NCBI GenBank assembly: GCA_964057225.1
Contig: OZ059897.1
Location: forward strand, 14,632,001 to 14,696,000
Direction: 5' to 3'
From: Auanema rhodensis
Lineage: Eukaryota; Animalia; Nematoda
Length of the DNA: 64,000 nt
Shown: piece after piece, positions 22,978-37,751 of the stretch
Position numbering within the stretch: the first letter of the stretch is position 1
How the letters are laid out: each line of letters opens with the position of its first letter
Program-made: the position numbers and the translations under genes
The notes under the pieces: generated by a model
The model's input: the letters and a program-made list of their open reading frames with translations, nothing else
Told to the model about the DNA's origin: nothing
Database searches by the model: none

Positions 22978-24893
22978 AGGAATGTCTGAGGATGGTCCAA
23001 TTTCTCACGTCATCTGATTCCTCTAGTGTTGCTTCTTTCTGTATTCTATTTTTCATCTTTTTTTTCCTTTTTTTCTTCTTTCTCCTTCTTTTATTCGTTG
23101 ATAATTTACTAGTATCTCATCTATTTAGTTTGTCATTTTATATACAAAAAAAAGCAAAATGGCTATAGAAATTGTAGTATGTATCATGTATGAAAGCATC
23201 AAAAAGATTTCAAAGATCAGATATAGCCTAGCCACATCACCAGCATCAGTCTACACGTCATCTTTTCATGTGTAGTTGTGGACAATCGCGTTTTGGATAT
23301 AGAATTAGCTTACTATTTACATTTAAAGTTAATTCATTGAAATTGTGAATAATCAAGAAAGAAAAGAGTTCTTTATCATCATTTTTATGGATTTATTAGG
23401 ATTATATATGGCTATTTGAGGATAAAACTCAAAGTTTTAGTAAATAAAACCTGATTATTATAATTTATAATCAAATCGTATATTATATTTTAGTTTATAT
23501 ATAACTATTTATATGTAAATTATATTAAATATTTCAATATATATTGATTGAATGAGAGAAATATGAAATATGATTCCAAATATAGAAATGTTTGTTTTTC
23601 TGAAACAAAGCATAAAAGACAATTAATATAAAAATATATTGGAAAATAGAGATGTTTTTTTCAGATAAAAAAACCTTTTTTTTCATAAAAGAAATCGCTA
23701 AACAGGTTAAAATATTATTATTTTAGTTTAAATATTCAAAAAATATAAAAAGAAGAAGAATATAACAAATTATTTGAATAAATTCTTTTTTTATTTTTTT
23801 GTTAATCAAAAATAATATTAATATTCAATATATGTATGTATTTACATCCTGAATCAAGTGTTTCAATCAAAAAAAAAACATAAATTATGAGTTATATGAA
23901 CATTCTCATAACCAAAACCTCCATTAACTGACGATTCTTTAGAACAATGCTTCATTGCTTAGATATTTCAATTTTTTTATTTTTCTTTTAGATTTTTCCC
24001 ATCAAAATTTTGAATCTGCAGGGCCTGAAGTGAGAAGTAAGACAGAACATAGAGAGGTGACGGATTATAAATGTTTCAGAATGAGTGATGAACGACACGT
24101 CATCTGAATTTTCATCGTCCAATACATAATCTGTCGTTCTTCATCTGACTTAAAAAATCATTTTTCATGAGCTTCTGCTTATCCTCTTTCGATATATTCC
24201 CGTTCATTTTTTTCTTTCCTTTTTAACTTCAATTCTTTAAGTTTAACAAGGCTTTACACAAAAATATTTGCAACTTAGCAAGAGAGAAACAGGTTTTAAG
24301 TTTATTTTATCGGCTATATATAGAGAGATGAAATTAATTTTTTTTATAATAAAGTTTATATGAGTAATCAGAAAAGTTTTATGTATATCTTAGACTTTGT
24401 TCCCTGTTTACTATTGTTAATATATTCAAAAAAATATTTAATCAAAATAAAAATGAAATATTCATCTTTTCTTTTTTTTTTTTTGAAAATAAATGTTAAA
24501 GTAACATACAGATCTGATAGATTCCTGAACCAATGCTTGACGAGCAACTGATACACAGAGAAGATAGACATGAACATCATTCGAAGGACTTTGATTCTCA
24601 TCACGACATGAATCAAAATCTACAAAAATACATTTCTGTCCATTGAAAGCTGTGACCATATCACCCATCTATAATAGTTAATTATAATAATAATATAGTT
24701 TATAATTAAAAACAAACAAACAAATAAAAGAATTTTTTCTTTTCAAAATATGAAAAAACAATGTAGTATATACCTCAGAGTTGAATGATAATCCATTGAT
24801 ATCAGCATATCTTTGAATCATCTCCAGCTTTTCAGAATCATTGTCACCCATAACAACACATTTGACGATTGGAACATCAGTTAGGATAGTCAT
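21919..24893 (-). CDS. Divergent Cdc42/Rho-family small GTPase-like protein, 5 exons
   Basis: MTILTDVPIVKCVVMGDNDSEKLEMIQRY...VHVYLLCVSV...VGTVPFVVVGTQIDKR...FAKQIGAIRYLECSATTAEGLDEVFEDSF...RKQSCITQ* (CaaX). Exons splice in frame. Confidence 0.85.
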
Positions 24894-25993
24894 ATCTTTA
24901 AAATAAATTCTGTTTATTCAATTCTTTGTAATTGATAAGAAATATTTAGTAAAATCAAATATTTTAAAAAGGCAATGAGATTTTTATTTCGTATTTCTTC
25001 ACAACGAAGTGAAAAGAATATGTTCTGAAAATGTTTTTTCCTGAGAAAAAACAAAGAAAGATGAAACATAGTAAAATTATTGGAGAAGAATTGGTGGGAA
25101 AAGGTTTATATGAGAACAAACTAATGGAAGAGGTAATGCTAGTTGAATGAGCTGAGTCTAGAATTGCAAAACCAATTATAAGATTTTTGAGATCGGCATG
25201 TATGGTTTTTCTTTGTTTTTTTTCTTTTCTCCACCTCTCTCTCTCTCTCTCTCTCGCTCTCTCGCTCTCTCTCTCTCTATATATCAATCTTATTTTTCTC
25301 TCTTTCACTATGAACTCTTTTGTTTCATTTTCTTTCTTTTTTTATATATTTATTTAATTCATTTTTGTATGTACTCCTTATATTCACTTTGACAATATGC
25401 AAGAATGTTTTTACTATAAAAAAACATTTGTTTTATATATTTCTTGATCTTAAATTATTTTCTCATTTTCATATATCTTTAACTTAACCAATAAACAAAC
25501 TATAAATAGTCAAAATGTAGTGAAAGACGGTATAAAATAGAAAAATTGAAAAGTTTTTTTCTCGCAACAACATAAGAATATGTAACCGACAACTATCTTT
25601 ATAACAAAGACCACCATGAAAAAGGAAGAAAATACAAAAAAAAAGAGGAAATGGAGTGATAGACGTAGACTATTCTTAGAAAATAATTATGAGAAAGTTT
25701 TTTTTCTGTTCAAATGTTATAATTAAGAGGGTGGTTGTGTGGAAAAAAAATATCTAACTGGGAAAGAAGACAAGAAGAAGTATGTGAAATGTGAATGAAA
25801 CGTATGAAAACGACAGGAAAAGAAGGTGATTCCAATAAACTATAGAGAGGATGGAATTTGAGAAGAAGAAAATACGTAAATCGGAAAAGGAAGAGAACTG
25901 CATTAACTAAAGTTGATATTTCGACAATATAATTATATGATTTCCATTATATAAATGGTTTGAGATTGAAGATTGAATAGACTACCATTACTC

Positions 25994-25995
<2 letters not shown>

Positions 25996-26042
<47 letters not shown>
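25996..26042. repeat. (AG)n microsatellite
   Basis: Direct reading of the sequence. Confidence 0.95.
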
Positions 26043-26045
<3 letters not shown>

Positions 26046-27944
26046 GTTTTTTAAAAAAATTTATAATCTTTTTTCTCTGTTATTCTAAGAAAATAAGGCC
26101 ATATGAGTTTAAACTTTTTTTCTGTTATTTGTTAGTCAGACTGTTTTAACATAAACATTTAAAATTAGAAACTGCAAAATGACTTGAATATAGTGAAAGA
26201 GCAAAATGGGAGCAGAAGAGTCGACTAGATGATGAGAATTTAAGACAAAAAAGACAAAGGAACGATACATTCTAAGCCAAAATGCCAACGCTAGATGGGA
26301 GACTCCGCCTCTAGGGGATGAAGTCAGATATACCATGACACAGCACCGGAATAGAAATATGCTTGTTACTTCCAAAAATAGAAGAACAAAACATTTATTT
26401 GGCATTCGAAATTGAGTCAAAAATAGAATGAAAAACTACTTGCTGAAAGTTCATGAAAATGAAAGATAAAGAGAAGATATGTGAGAATATTCTTGATATT
26501 GATGCAGATGATGAAGATGTTGATGTATATGTTGATAATACGATGAAAAGAAGTCGTTGAAAACGAAAAAGACAATTTTAAAGTTGAAAGGTTCTTCCTA
26601 TTTTTGGTTGTTGGTCGATCGTCATGATGTCATGCCGGCAAAAGATGGCTGTATTGCTAAGCTGTTTGATGTTAAGCTTTGCCTTTGTCTGAGTATGCAG
26701 AGTATGCTCTATATCTGACGTTCATCCTGCATCAAACAGCAACATGTGTTTCTGCTTGTAGATCTTGGAATCACAGCATTATGTATTGCTGACGTATAGT
26801 TAGAAATCAAATAACATCTGTACAATTGTTGTAACTCTCGATAATCCTGTTGCATCTCAGTTGTCATATTTCCTTCAAAACATATAAATGGGCTTTGCAA
26901 TAATTGAAAGTATTCCCCCAAAATAAATTTAAATTTTTCAAATAAATTTTAACAGTTTTGTAATTTTTTGAACTTTTGACCTGAAAATGTGAAAGGAATC
27001 ATCTAAAACTTGATGTAATTGCACATTGTCGTCATCACAAATTCTGAGTTAAAGGCTATTGACAGCATTTTGCTAGATCGCGTATTACTTAAAAGTAAAT
27101 TGAAGAGAGAATGAAGGAATTCAAGAGGCTAGTATTTAGTTTTTCGAGAGAAAATAGAACTAGAGGAATTCCTCAATTTCCTTTTTATTAGTCGAAAACG
27201 GAAGCATAGAATGGGGGAAGTCCTCTCGTTAACGTCAATGATTCGAATGCAATGAGTTGTAATTAGCACGTAGATGTACAAGCATATGTTGCAAGTCGTT
27301 TTCTGATTTTTCAGCAAAAAATTATGCAAAAAAACATGTAATAATTGATGAAGCATTGTATATGCAATGTTTAAAACGTTTTTTGAAAGGCTATTATCTG
27401 TAATATTTAAATAAAATCTTGCTACTTATATGAATATTATAAATGAATTTAATTTTATAAAATGATCTGTAGAACAAAAACAAAAGACTAAAAGAACGAT
27501 AGATTATCAAATTTATACATGTTCATATGAACAGATAATCTTTTATAATATATCTATATCTATCTTAATATGTAAAATAAATTTAAAGTTTATAAGTTAT
27601 CAATGATTAAGCTGGAAGAGCTGACCATATACAAGAAAATAGCTTTCACGTGAAATGACTTAAACAATCAAAATCAATCTGAATCTAAAAATCTTTTATT
27701 GAAGATTTTAATGAACTTGTTAGCTTTTTACTTCAATTTCATTTGTCTTATCGAAAATTTCTTTTTTTTTCATCAAAAAAAAAAAACAATTGTTCAATAG
27801 TAAGAGAGAAAGATTTATGGGAAAGACTAAGGTGAGAAAGCTGAACGAATGACCGAAGAAAGAAAAATCTTATAGTAGTTTCTGACGTCAAAATTCTAGG
27901 AAAAGCTTTTTAAAATGATCACTTATCCATTTGGAGTAGCCATA

Positions 27945-28170
27945 AGTAGTATTATATCAGTCAACGCTAAGACACCCTTTCACTCTAGACTTAAACTCCA
28001 GCATTTCAAGCATTTTTTCACTACAAATAGATTTTTTTTTCAATTTAAGCGTAATTTTTTAACTTTTGAGGTGTTTAGGATGACTGAGAGTCTAATACAC
28101 CTTTCACAAAATGCTGGAGTTTAAGAATAGGGTGAAAGATTGTCTTAACATTGACTAATATAATACTACT
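27945..28170. mobile_element. 226-bp MITE with Maverick-type termini
   Basis: Imperfect ~62-bp TIRs, AGTAGTATTATATCAGTCAA...TTGACTAATATAATACTACT. Flanks GCCATA (27939-44) and GACATA (28171-76) form a 6-bp TSD with one mismatch. Confidence 0.75.
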
Positions 28171-28895
28171 GACATAGAAGATCTTAAACTGACAAAAAAC
28201 ATATTACTAAGTAAAGTTTTAACTAAGTCAAATCTGGTGCTAAACAAGAGATGATTGAGCATTATACTCGTGAGAACTAAAGTTTTTAAACTTTTATTTA
28301 GTTCAAATCTGGTTTTGATTGCTTTTCGATAAACTAAGTATAAATGGTCTGAGATTTTATGAAAAGAATTGAATTGAATAAGAGAAATAAAAGAAAATTA
28401 AAAAAATTATATACATGTATATATATAGTATAAATATATATATATATATAATAAGCTTTATAATATATAAAATAAAAATATTATATAATAAATATATTTC
28501 TCACACATGTATAATCTTTTTGAATTGAAATAAATTCAAAATAATCTTATTTTCTCTTAAAACGATTTGAAAGAAATATAGAATAATAGAAAAGAAACAT
28601 TTTTCTTCTTCTTTTTCTTTTTTTTTAAATAAATGAAATAATAAAAACAAATATTTTAATATAATTATGATAGAAGAAAGGAAGTGGTAGAAGAAACAGA
28701 ATAATTTGAACGGAAAAGAGAAGATGAATGAAAATAAAAAAAAAAGGAAAATGAACACCTCATCATTCAATATAATTACCAAATGAATGTTAGTTACATC
28801 TATATATGACATCATCAACGATGATGATGATGATGATGATGATATTCAAATACTGAGAAAAGACAAAAAAAAGGAATTTTTGAATTTCAAATGAA

Positions 28896-28898
<3 letters not shown>

Positions 28899-28933
<35 letters not shown>
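28899..28933. repeat. (GA)n microsatellite
   Basis: Direct reading of the sequence. Confidence 0.95.
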
Positions 28934-28938
<5 letters not shown>

Positions 28939-31424
28939 AAATGAAGATAACTGTAAATCTTTATAAAAGTTTAAAAAAATGTTCTCACAGATTAGATTAT
29001 AACATATTAAAAAGATAAAATATTGAAAGTCATCATGAAAACAATCCTTTTTTTGAGATTTCTGCTCTTTATTTGCAAAAAAATAAGAAAATAAACAAGT
29101 TAAGCTATTTAAACGACTTGTTTCAACATGGTTTATATCTTATGCAGACATACATATATATTTTTTAAGTCGTTGTAGTGAATCTGATGCTCAAAGTTCA
29201 AAATTGATGATAATATTTCACGGATTTTATGATTACAAGCTGAAGATTACACATATATACACAAAATGGGAAATAACAATATAAATAATAGACATACATA
29301 TAAAGAAAAAATGAAAGATTAACAGAAAATAAGAAGAAAATGGAAGAATATCCGACCCATGTCCAAATCATGTGTTAACAAAATTTTTGGGCTTCGACAT
29401 TTTGGAAAATTTAGATCAGTCTTGCCTGTTTTTTCTTTAACATTCAGTTCTGATTTTATTTCTGAGATAACTTTATTTAAAAACAAAAGCTCTCAGAATG
29501 AACTTCCTGATGAGTTTGTTTCTATTTCTCCTTTCTAACACCAGAAAACTTGGAAAAAACCTCTAGTTCACATAACGAAAGGAAGACAAGTTCGAAGACT
29601 ATTGTCCCCAGGGTTCATTCGATCATTGTCTCCAGAAATTTGTAGAAATCGCTAAAAGCTACAGAGTTCAAGAAAGAGAGAAAAAGAATGAAGAAATCAA
29701 CAAAAAAGTAAATAAATCAAAGAAATCAGAATGTTAAAATTGCTTTTTCGCACTTTTGTGTTCTATATCATGGCTTCAGATAGAAAGCAACATGATAATA
29801 GTATGATATTCAATGTGTTTATGATGAAATTCTTCATTGAAACTATTCAATTTCCAATTTCCTTGTACAAATAATATAAAAATAGTTTCATAATTAGAAA
29901 ATTATACAATATGATATGTACTGTAATTAAATATTTTCTTAGAAATTAAAAGTTAACAATACGATTTATATGAAGAATATAATTAGAAAACTATACGTAT
30001 ATGTATATGTATTTCAGTTGTTTTTAGTAAATCATCAAATAAATTATATAATTTCTAATTATTATATATAAAATTATATTATATTGAAGCCTAACAATAT
30101 AAATAAATATATAAAATTTAAAAAAAAAGGAAAAAAAATAGAAATCCTTCATATTTTACGTAATCAAAAAGACCTTTGATTTCTTTGTTTTCAAATCAAA
30201 AACCAAAAAAAAAGTTGAAAAGTTGAATGGTGATTGAATTGAATGGAATAATAAGAAAACGTGATGTTCTCAACACTATAAGCATTATGTCGTAAGCATC
30301 TATGGTTTCCGGTAAATATAATAGAACTATATTGACGTCACATGAAATAGTTAATGTATGTATGAGGTTAAGTATCAGTAGTACATACTTTTTACTTTGA
30401 AAAAAGCTAAAAGCATTTATAATATTTGGAAAAAAAAGGATAAAAAGGACAATTGTTGTACAATAATAAATTTGCAGATTTTCAAACGATAAGTTCATCA
30501 ATGTATTAATGTATTAATATTATATTTTATAGAGATATACATGTATATGAATGAAAAATTTTCCAATGAGAATGGAGACACTACCATCAAAATGGGAAAC
30601 ACAAGGGAAGAGAAAGCTGCTAAAGGAGTGGAAGGGGGGGGGGGGAGAGAATGTCATGTAAAGCTGGTGGGGGTAAACGACATTCTTTCATCTCTATCTA
30701 CAATTCACGCCCCCATACCTCAATGGAAATTGTTGGTTTTTAAACTTAAAAATACAAGAAAAAGGTTAAAGAATCATAAAGATTATATAATTTTGATTCA
30801 AATTTGCATTAAAAATTTGAATTTCCAATTCAATTGAAATATCTAATCTTGAATAGATCATTTAAATTATATAATAAAATAAATATAATTTATATTTTTA
30901 ATTATATATTATATTTTTATAAAAATATTATATGAATAAAATAAAATTTTATTCTTTATTATTAAATTATTTTTTAAAATTATTGTAATCAAATTTGTTA
31001 GAAATCTATTATTTCCGGAAAATAATAAAAGGAAACAATCGTTCAATTGGTTTAAGAAATTTAAAATATTATATGTATATACCTATACATATAGTTAAGA
31101 GATTTATGTATTATAATCTCATATAATATCCTTTTCAAATAATTTTAAGTTTAAAACAAAATTTATTTAGATAATCCTCTAGATTATACATCTTATATAT
31201 TTATAATAAATAAAACACTTCGTATTTATACTTTTATTTTTTTTTAAATTATATCATATAATACATTTAGATAAACTATTAAAGATTAACTATATTATAT
31301 ACATATATTATTATTATTATTATTAATTATGTATATAGATTAGATTGAAATATGTGAGTATTTACAAGGTAGGTGAGTGACCATTCTAAGACAACAGAAA
31401 CCAATTGAATCTCCAAATATTTCT

Positions 31425-31427
<3 letters not shown>

Positions 31428-31507
<80 letters not shown>
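31428..31507. repeat. (TC)~40 microsatellite
   Basis: Direct reading of the sequence. Confidence 0.95.
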
Positions 31508-31511
<4 letters not shown>

Positions 31512-33141
31512 TATCCATAAAAATCTTTTTTTATTCTTCTTGAACACATAAATTTATTGTAAATATCTTCATTTCTTATATACTTCTCTATAATATATAT
31601 CCACACTTGTTCAAAACCTTTTTTAGCAACTTCATTTGAAATTTTAGTCCTTTGCTCTCTGTTAGTGAAGGCATTGAGCTGCAAATGAATCGTTCTCACG
31701 AAACAGCTATTTTGCTTTTGAACAGGCTAAATGAAGACATAAACGTAAAAAGCTTGGATAACAATGAATGCGTAGGAGACGGAAGAAGAGGAAAAATCTG
31801 AAAAGAGGGAGAAGATTTGTGTGCGCATTGCGTGGAGGTGGCATATGGAAAGTCTATTCTTTTAAATGAATAAATTAAATTTTTTGTTTTTCTTGTGATT
31901 ATCAATAATTTAAAAAAACTTTTTTTCCTGTTTTAAAGAAAAATATTTTCTTTACAAAAGAATAAAAATTGTATTTTATTTCAAATAAAAAAAAGCATTT
32001 AATCATCTAATAGGTTTGAACCTAAATGAATTCTCCGGGTTTTTTTTGCATTTTGAACAAAAAAAATTCTAAAAAAAAACAAACAAACAACAACAACATC
32101 ATCATCATACGGTTGATGAATTGAATTAGAAATAATATTTTAAAATGCTAAACTATATCAATTTGCAGCTTTCAAATATTTCATTTGTTTGATTTTAAAA
32201 AATAAAGTTTTTGCTTTAAAAATTACTAAAAATGTTTGTATATTCTTTTACAATTTAAATAATAACCTAAATAGAAATTCATAAAATAAAAATTTCATTT
32301 AAAATATTGAAAATCTGGAACAAAAGTTTTCGTTAGCCATGCTTCGAGAATAATGGCATCTGTTCATGTTGTATCCACGGAGCTTGTTCAGACTTTTTTT
32401 TCTGAAAGTCCTAACTAAACGAAAGATGAATTTTTAGGAACAAAAATGTTTTTTTAAGCTATTTGAGTGATTGAAATGAATTTTAATATCTAAAAATTTA
32501 TAAAAAGAATGAAAATGTTGCTGAAGGGGTGCATAGTAGTATACATATGAGTCAAGTGCGATGAAAGTCGGACGCTCACTAGAATCCCTCATATCTTCTC
32601 AGACAAACTACAAAAAATCAGAAAAAATATATTTTGAGTGTTAAAAAACGATAATGAAAAAAAGTTGAAAAATTCAAAAAATCATGTATTTTCTGAATAC
32701 TCTGAATTTATCATAAACTGCTTGAAGTCTTCTTTCGTGAATTTCAGAAGTTTCATCAAAACTTCAGAAATAATCTTTCAATATAGTGTTAGGAGTACAC
32801 TAAACGTCTATTTTTCTTTTAAATGGGAGAATTTAGTTTTACGTTAACCAAGTTCTCCTCATAGATATTCAGTAAGATTCAGATGATGAAGCTTACTTGT
32901 TTGAAGCTATGTCTGAATCATCTTAATCTCAAACTTTGTTAAATCAAAACAGATTGTTTGAAATAACCAAAAAACACTATATTTTCAAGATTAATCATAC
33001 ATACAACTATAAAAAATACAAAATATATCTAAAACAGGTTCATATTTTCTGTTTAATTTTTATATAAATGATGTAGAAGAGAATATTTTAATATTTATTA
33101 AAAAATAAAAATATAATCAATATAATCTATTATAAAATATT

Positions 33142-34774
33142 TTAAGTACTTTCTGAATGTGTATTACTTGGTAAAATATTAGGTGTATGATGATAAAAAC
33201 ATTTTTTATTTGTTTTATTTTTTGGAAGATAAAATAATTCTTTTCCATTCCACCAAACTAATAGAAATCTGAAAAATAAAATTTTAAAAAATAGTTTAAA
33301 AATTAAAATTTAATTTACACATCAATTAATTGATGATTCAAAAAAATACAAGCACAACTTATATAATTCCAAATTCTTCCAGAATCAATATTTTGACTTA
33401 AATATAAAAATAAAGATAAGGATCCAATTGAACCAAGTATCTGTACAATAGCCACAATATATTTACGAATATTTTTTAATATTCGTGTTTTTTCTGTGGA
33501 TACATTTCCATTTATAAAATACTATAAATAAAATAAATTAATTATATTTAAATATAATAAATATATATATATAGTATATAAGAAAATTTAAATAAATTAC
33601 CAATTTCTTAAATATAAGAAAAGATGTTACTAAATTTAAGATAAAAGCTATTGTACCAAGTGGTACAGCACAGTATTTTGTAAAAGCAGCTGTTTTCTTA
33701 TAACATACAGCTTCATTTAATTCATGAACCAATTTCATTGTGTCATAATGTAATCGATAATCACATTCTAAATTATTTTTTTATTTTTTGTTAAAAAAAA
33801 AATTAAAAAATACCAAAAACTAAAATAATATAAATTCTTCTTAATATACCAACAATAAATGGTAATAATGAATATATCTATGAATATTATTTATTTATTT
33901 ATATTTAAATATTTGTTTTACTTACATGACATTTTTTAAAATTAAAAAATGAATCGTATTTTGTAGCAAAAGCTATAGCACATAATCTATTAGTTGATAT
34001 AATAATACTAAATGATGTATAAAATATTGCTAAACTTGGTAAAAGTTGTAGAATATTCTCAACAATATGATTATCACTGAAAATTAATAAAAATTAATTG
34101 CTAAAGGTATGAATAGAAAAAGAAAAGTTGCGAATATTTTTCTTTATAATTCATTTTTTCAAAACTTTCCAAATGCTTAATTTGCAGTTGCAATTGATAT
34201 GTGATGTATTTGTATCTATTTGTTTATTAAATTTAAATTTTAAAAATATAAATATCTGCAAAAAGAATTTCAAAAACAAATCATATATTCGCATTTGTTT
34301 CATATGATGATGTTGTATCTCTCATAACCACCCACCACTACCACCTCCTCTATGGCGTAATTAATGTGTGTGGGCATCATTGACTAGATACCTATACACC
34401 TGTAGATATCTTTATAAGTTTCAATTTAAAAATATTTGAGAGATAAAGAGAATTTTTAAAATAAATAATTTTAATTAAATCTTAAGGGAAATTATTTATA
34501 AAAAACTTACAATAATATAACACTTATAGATGCTATATAAAAACTTGATGCTGCAATTAAATGAGCAACACCAACATAAACACATAAAAGTGTAAATGGT
34601 GTACGGATTGCTTTACAAATATAATAAAATCTCATAAATAAAATATTAATAGTAAATATAATTATAACTAACTAAAAAAAATTATTTTATTTTAAATTTA
34701 ATTTTTAAAAAAAATTTTTAGTTTACCATTGTACTATATAAAAGACATATTATATCTTCAATATAACGATCCAT
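33142..34774 (-). CDS. Divergent serpentine 7TM receptor (Srx/Srg-superfamily-like), multi-exon
   Basis: MDRYIEDIICLLYSTM...KAIRTPFTLLCVYVGVAHLI...FSIIISTNRLCAIAFATKYDSF...AFILNLVTSFLIFKK...YIVAIVQILG...SEST*. The TM3 NRxxAI motif is present; internal boundaries are approximate. Confidence 0.7.
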
Positions 34775-35302
34775 GATAGATAAAACTTAAAAAAAAACTT
34801 TTTAAAAATTAAAAGTTATACAGATAAAATATTAAAAATACGATAAAGTTACTGTATTATACGAAATAAATGACAAATCAATATTCGATATACTTCATTA
34901 TTCTTAAATTCCTTTTTAAAAAAAAACTGTTCGATGAATATTTTTTATATTTTTTTATAAAATAGTTTAATGTGTTTAAAAGATATTTCTTACATTATTA
35001 GAATATAAAAAAAAAATTTTTAATTTAAAAAACATTTTTTTGAGCTGAAAAGGATGCACAATGCATTTTTAAACAAATTTAACAATTTTAAGGAAAAATG
35101 AATATCACGCATCAGAAGATGCACATGATTCAAATATAAAAATAAAATTTGCAAAATATTAGCAAAAGGTTTGAAAAAATACAAAATGTGTTGAATGTTC
35201 CAAGTCTTCGGGCTCCTTTCACTCAATATCATGAGATACCCAAGTCATATCAAGAGAATAGAAGAACAAAAGGCTTTATGTTTTTTTCTTTTATAATTTT
35301 CT

Positions 35303-35352
35303 AAAAAATTAAGTAATTAAAAAAAAAGTTTTTTTTAATTACTTAATTTTTT
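35303..35352. repeat. AT-rich palindrome with 24-bp arms
   Basis: aaaaaattaagtaattaaaaaaaa-ag-ttttttttaattacttaatttttt. Confidence 0.85.
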
Positions 35353-36176
35353 TTTAATTTTTTTATTTTATAAAAATACTGTATAATATAATAATTAAAT
35401 AAAATAAATAATAAATAGATTATTAGTTAATTTATCACCATAATACTGATTAATTTTTAAAAAATTATTAAATTTAGTGTAATTTAATGACAAATAAGAA
35501 TAAATATTTAAAAATTTGACAAAAAGAATAGAATACGAATAGCATTTCCTAGCTCAATTTGATGTTCTATATTTTTTCGAAAAATGAAAAAAAAATTTAT
35601 TAAAAAGATTTGAAATAAAATGGCTACATCTTTAAAAGTTGTAGCTTATATATTTGAATTCATAAAGAAATATATATGTATATAAAACATTTATAGATTC
35701 ATACAATATATTTAATTATATCATATAATTATTTTTTTTAAAAAATGAATTGATATGAGAACAAAAGAAAAATGTTTATCTTATTTTCAATGATTATTTG
35801 ATATAAAAAAAATATATTTAAATATAACTAAATAATGATAATGGATATCTTATTTGAAATTATAAAAATCGGATGAAGTATATAACGTCACAATATCTTC
35901 TTTTTTTTTCAAAAATATTTAAAGTTTTGAATGTTTGTGAAGCTTATCCAATTATATTTGAAAAATACGGTAGGTTCATGATGTAATACGGATGTATCAC
36001 ACCTTTTGAAAGTATTCATATCATTATTCAGGAAATATTATATAAAATATAATTAATTTTTAAAATTAACTAAGTTATTTGATTTATATTTCTATTAAAT
36101 TATAATAAATATATTATAAAACATTATAAAAAAAGAAAGAATTTATAGTTAAGTAATTTATAACAAATTCTGCTTT

Positions 36177-36574
36177 AATGCTGTCTTCATGACAATTGAA
36201 AAAATAAAGTTTATTCTTTTTTTAGATTATTAATTGTTTTCATATATCTACTTTTTTAATTTATACTTCTACTACTAGTAATACGTTAAATTTCTTATAA
36301 GTAAAACTATGATTACGTAGAAATATGCTGTTTAATCTCTGTAGTTTATGATAACAAATTATAATCTTTTTAACTATATATAGATATTATAATTAATCAA
36401 AAAACTTTGGATTCATTACAAAGTTTTTTTTCTTTTTTTTTTTCCAAGGAAGTTTTAAATTAAATAATAATAATAATTAATTATATAGATGAAACATATG
36501 AACAATTCATATTAAATTAAAAGATTTTCTCATAAAAAAAATTTTATCTTTGCAATTGTCATGAAGACAACATT
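36177..36574. repeat. Degenerate inverted repeat pair (~35-bp core), possible old MITE
   Basis: aatgctgtcttcatgacaattg (36177-36198) versus caattgtcatgaagacaacatt (36553-36574). Confidence 0.55.
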
Positions 36575-37751
36575 TTAATCATTGGTTTCATATTTTTTTT
36601 TATAATTTCTTCTTGTTTTGTTATGATATTTGAACAAAACAAATAATTTTATTCAAAATATTAAAAACTTTGATTTTCATTCGAACATCAGTTCCATTTG
36701 TTAAAGGAGATGTATGTATTTGAATTGGAAAATAGATCTGACAGCATATTCATCATCCAATCAACTTGACAACTTTTTTTGTTTTGTTAAGAGGAATATT
36801 TCATTGTATTATACGATTTATCAAAGATTTTAAACTTCTGATTAGATTAGATTTGATCTATTGTATATCTATTGTAACTATACCAAATAATGTTTTTATT
36901 TGTAAATGTGTTATAAATTTTCTTTGAACTTAAAATATTTTATTAAGTTGATATTATCAAAAACTCTTATTTTAGTAGTATAAATTGAAATAAAAAATAT
37001 ATTATTATATCATAAATATATATAATAGTTAGTATATATTGAATACATCATCAACAATTCTATAATTATTTAAAATTTTGCAGAAAATCTATTGATATAT
37101 GATATTATTTATAATAATCTTAGTTATAAATCCATAAATATTATTATTTAAAAAATAAAAATATAAAATAATCAACCGTTCATCATATACATATATCAAC
37201 TAAATAACTTATATCATTAACTATATTGTACGTGAAGGTCACGTTCAAAAATTAGCATATCACTTACTAATAATATGATTCAAAGTATTAATAATGTGAA
37301 AATCATAGTTAATGAATATGAATGTCTTCATCAATTATTATTGAAAATTTTAATTTTATGTCTTAGAAAATTATATTGAAAATTCGAATTTATTATAATG
37401 TTTCATGATAAAGTATATTATGCATATATACGAATTTGATGATTGAAACTTAGTTTTTTAAACATTTTAAGTTGAAATATGTAGTATTCCCCCATAATAT
37501 TATAATTGTCATAAATATTTTAATCATTCAGTTTGCAAAAAAATAAGTAGAATTAATTTGACTTTCATTATATTGAGTAAGAAGGAAGTAAATATTAAAA
37601 TCTGAGTTGAATACTATATTAATTTATGTGTAATACGTAGTAAAAACATAAAAAAATTATTTATTAAAAATATTTTTAAACAATATATACATATAATATA
37701 AAAATATATTTTTATTTATTTATTTATTTATTTATATAACTATATTATAAT

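Noticed and set aside
31327-31518. RERERE ORF
   Set aside because: Translation of a (TC)n microsatellite.
25400-33100. Possible hidden genes in the ~8-kb spacer (e.g. 26640-26920, 29450-29740)
   Set aside because: No coherent exon chain or recognisable motif could be built; frames contain stops.
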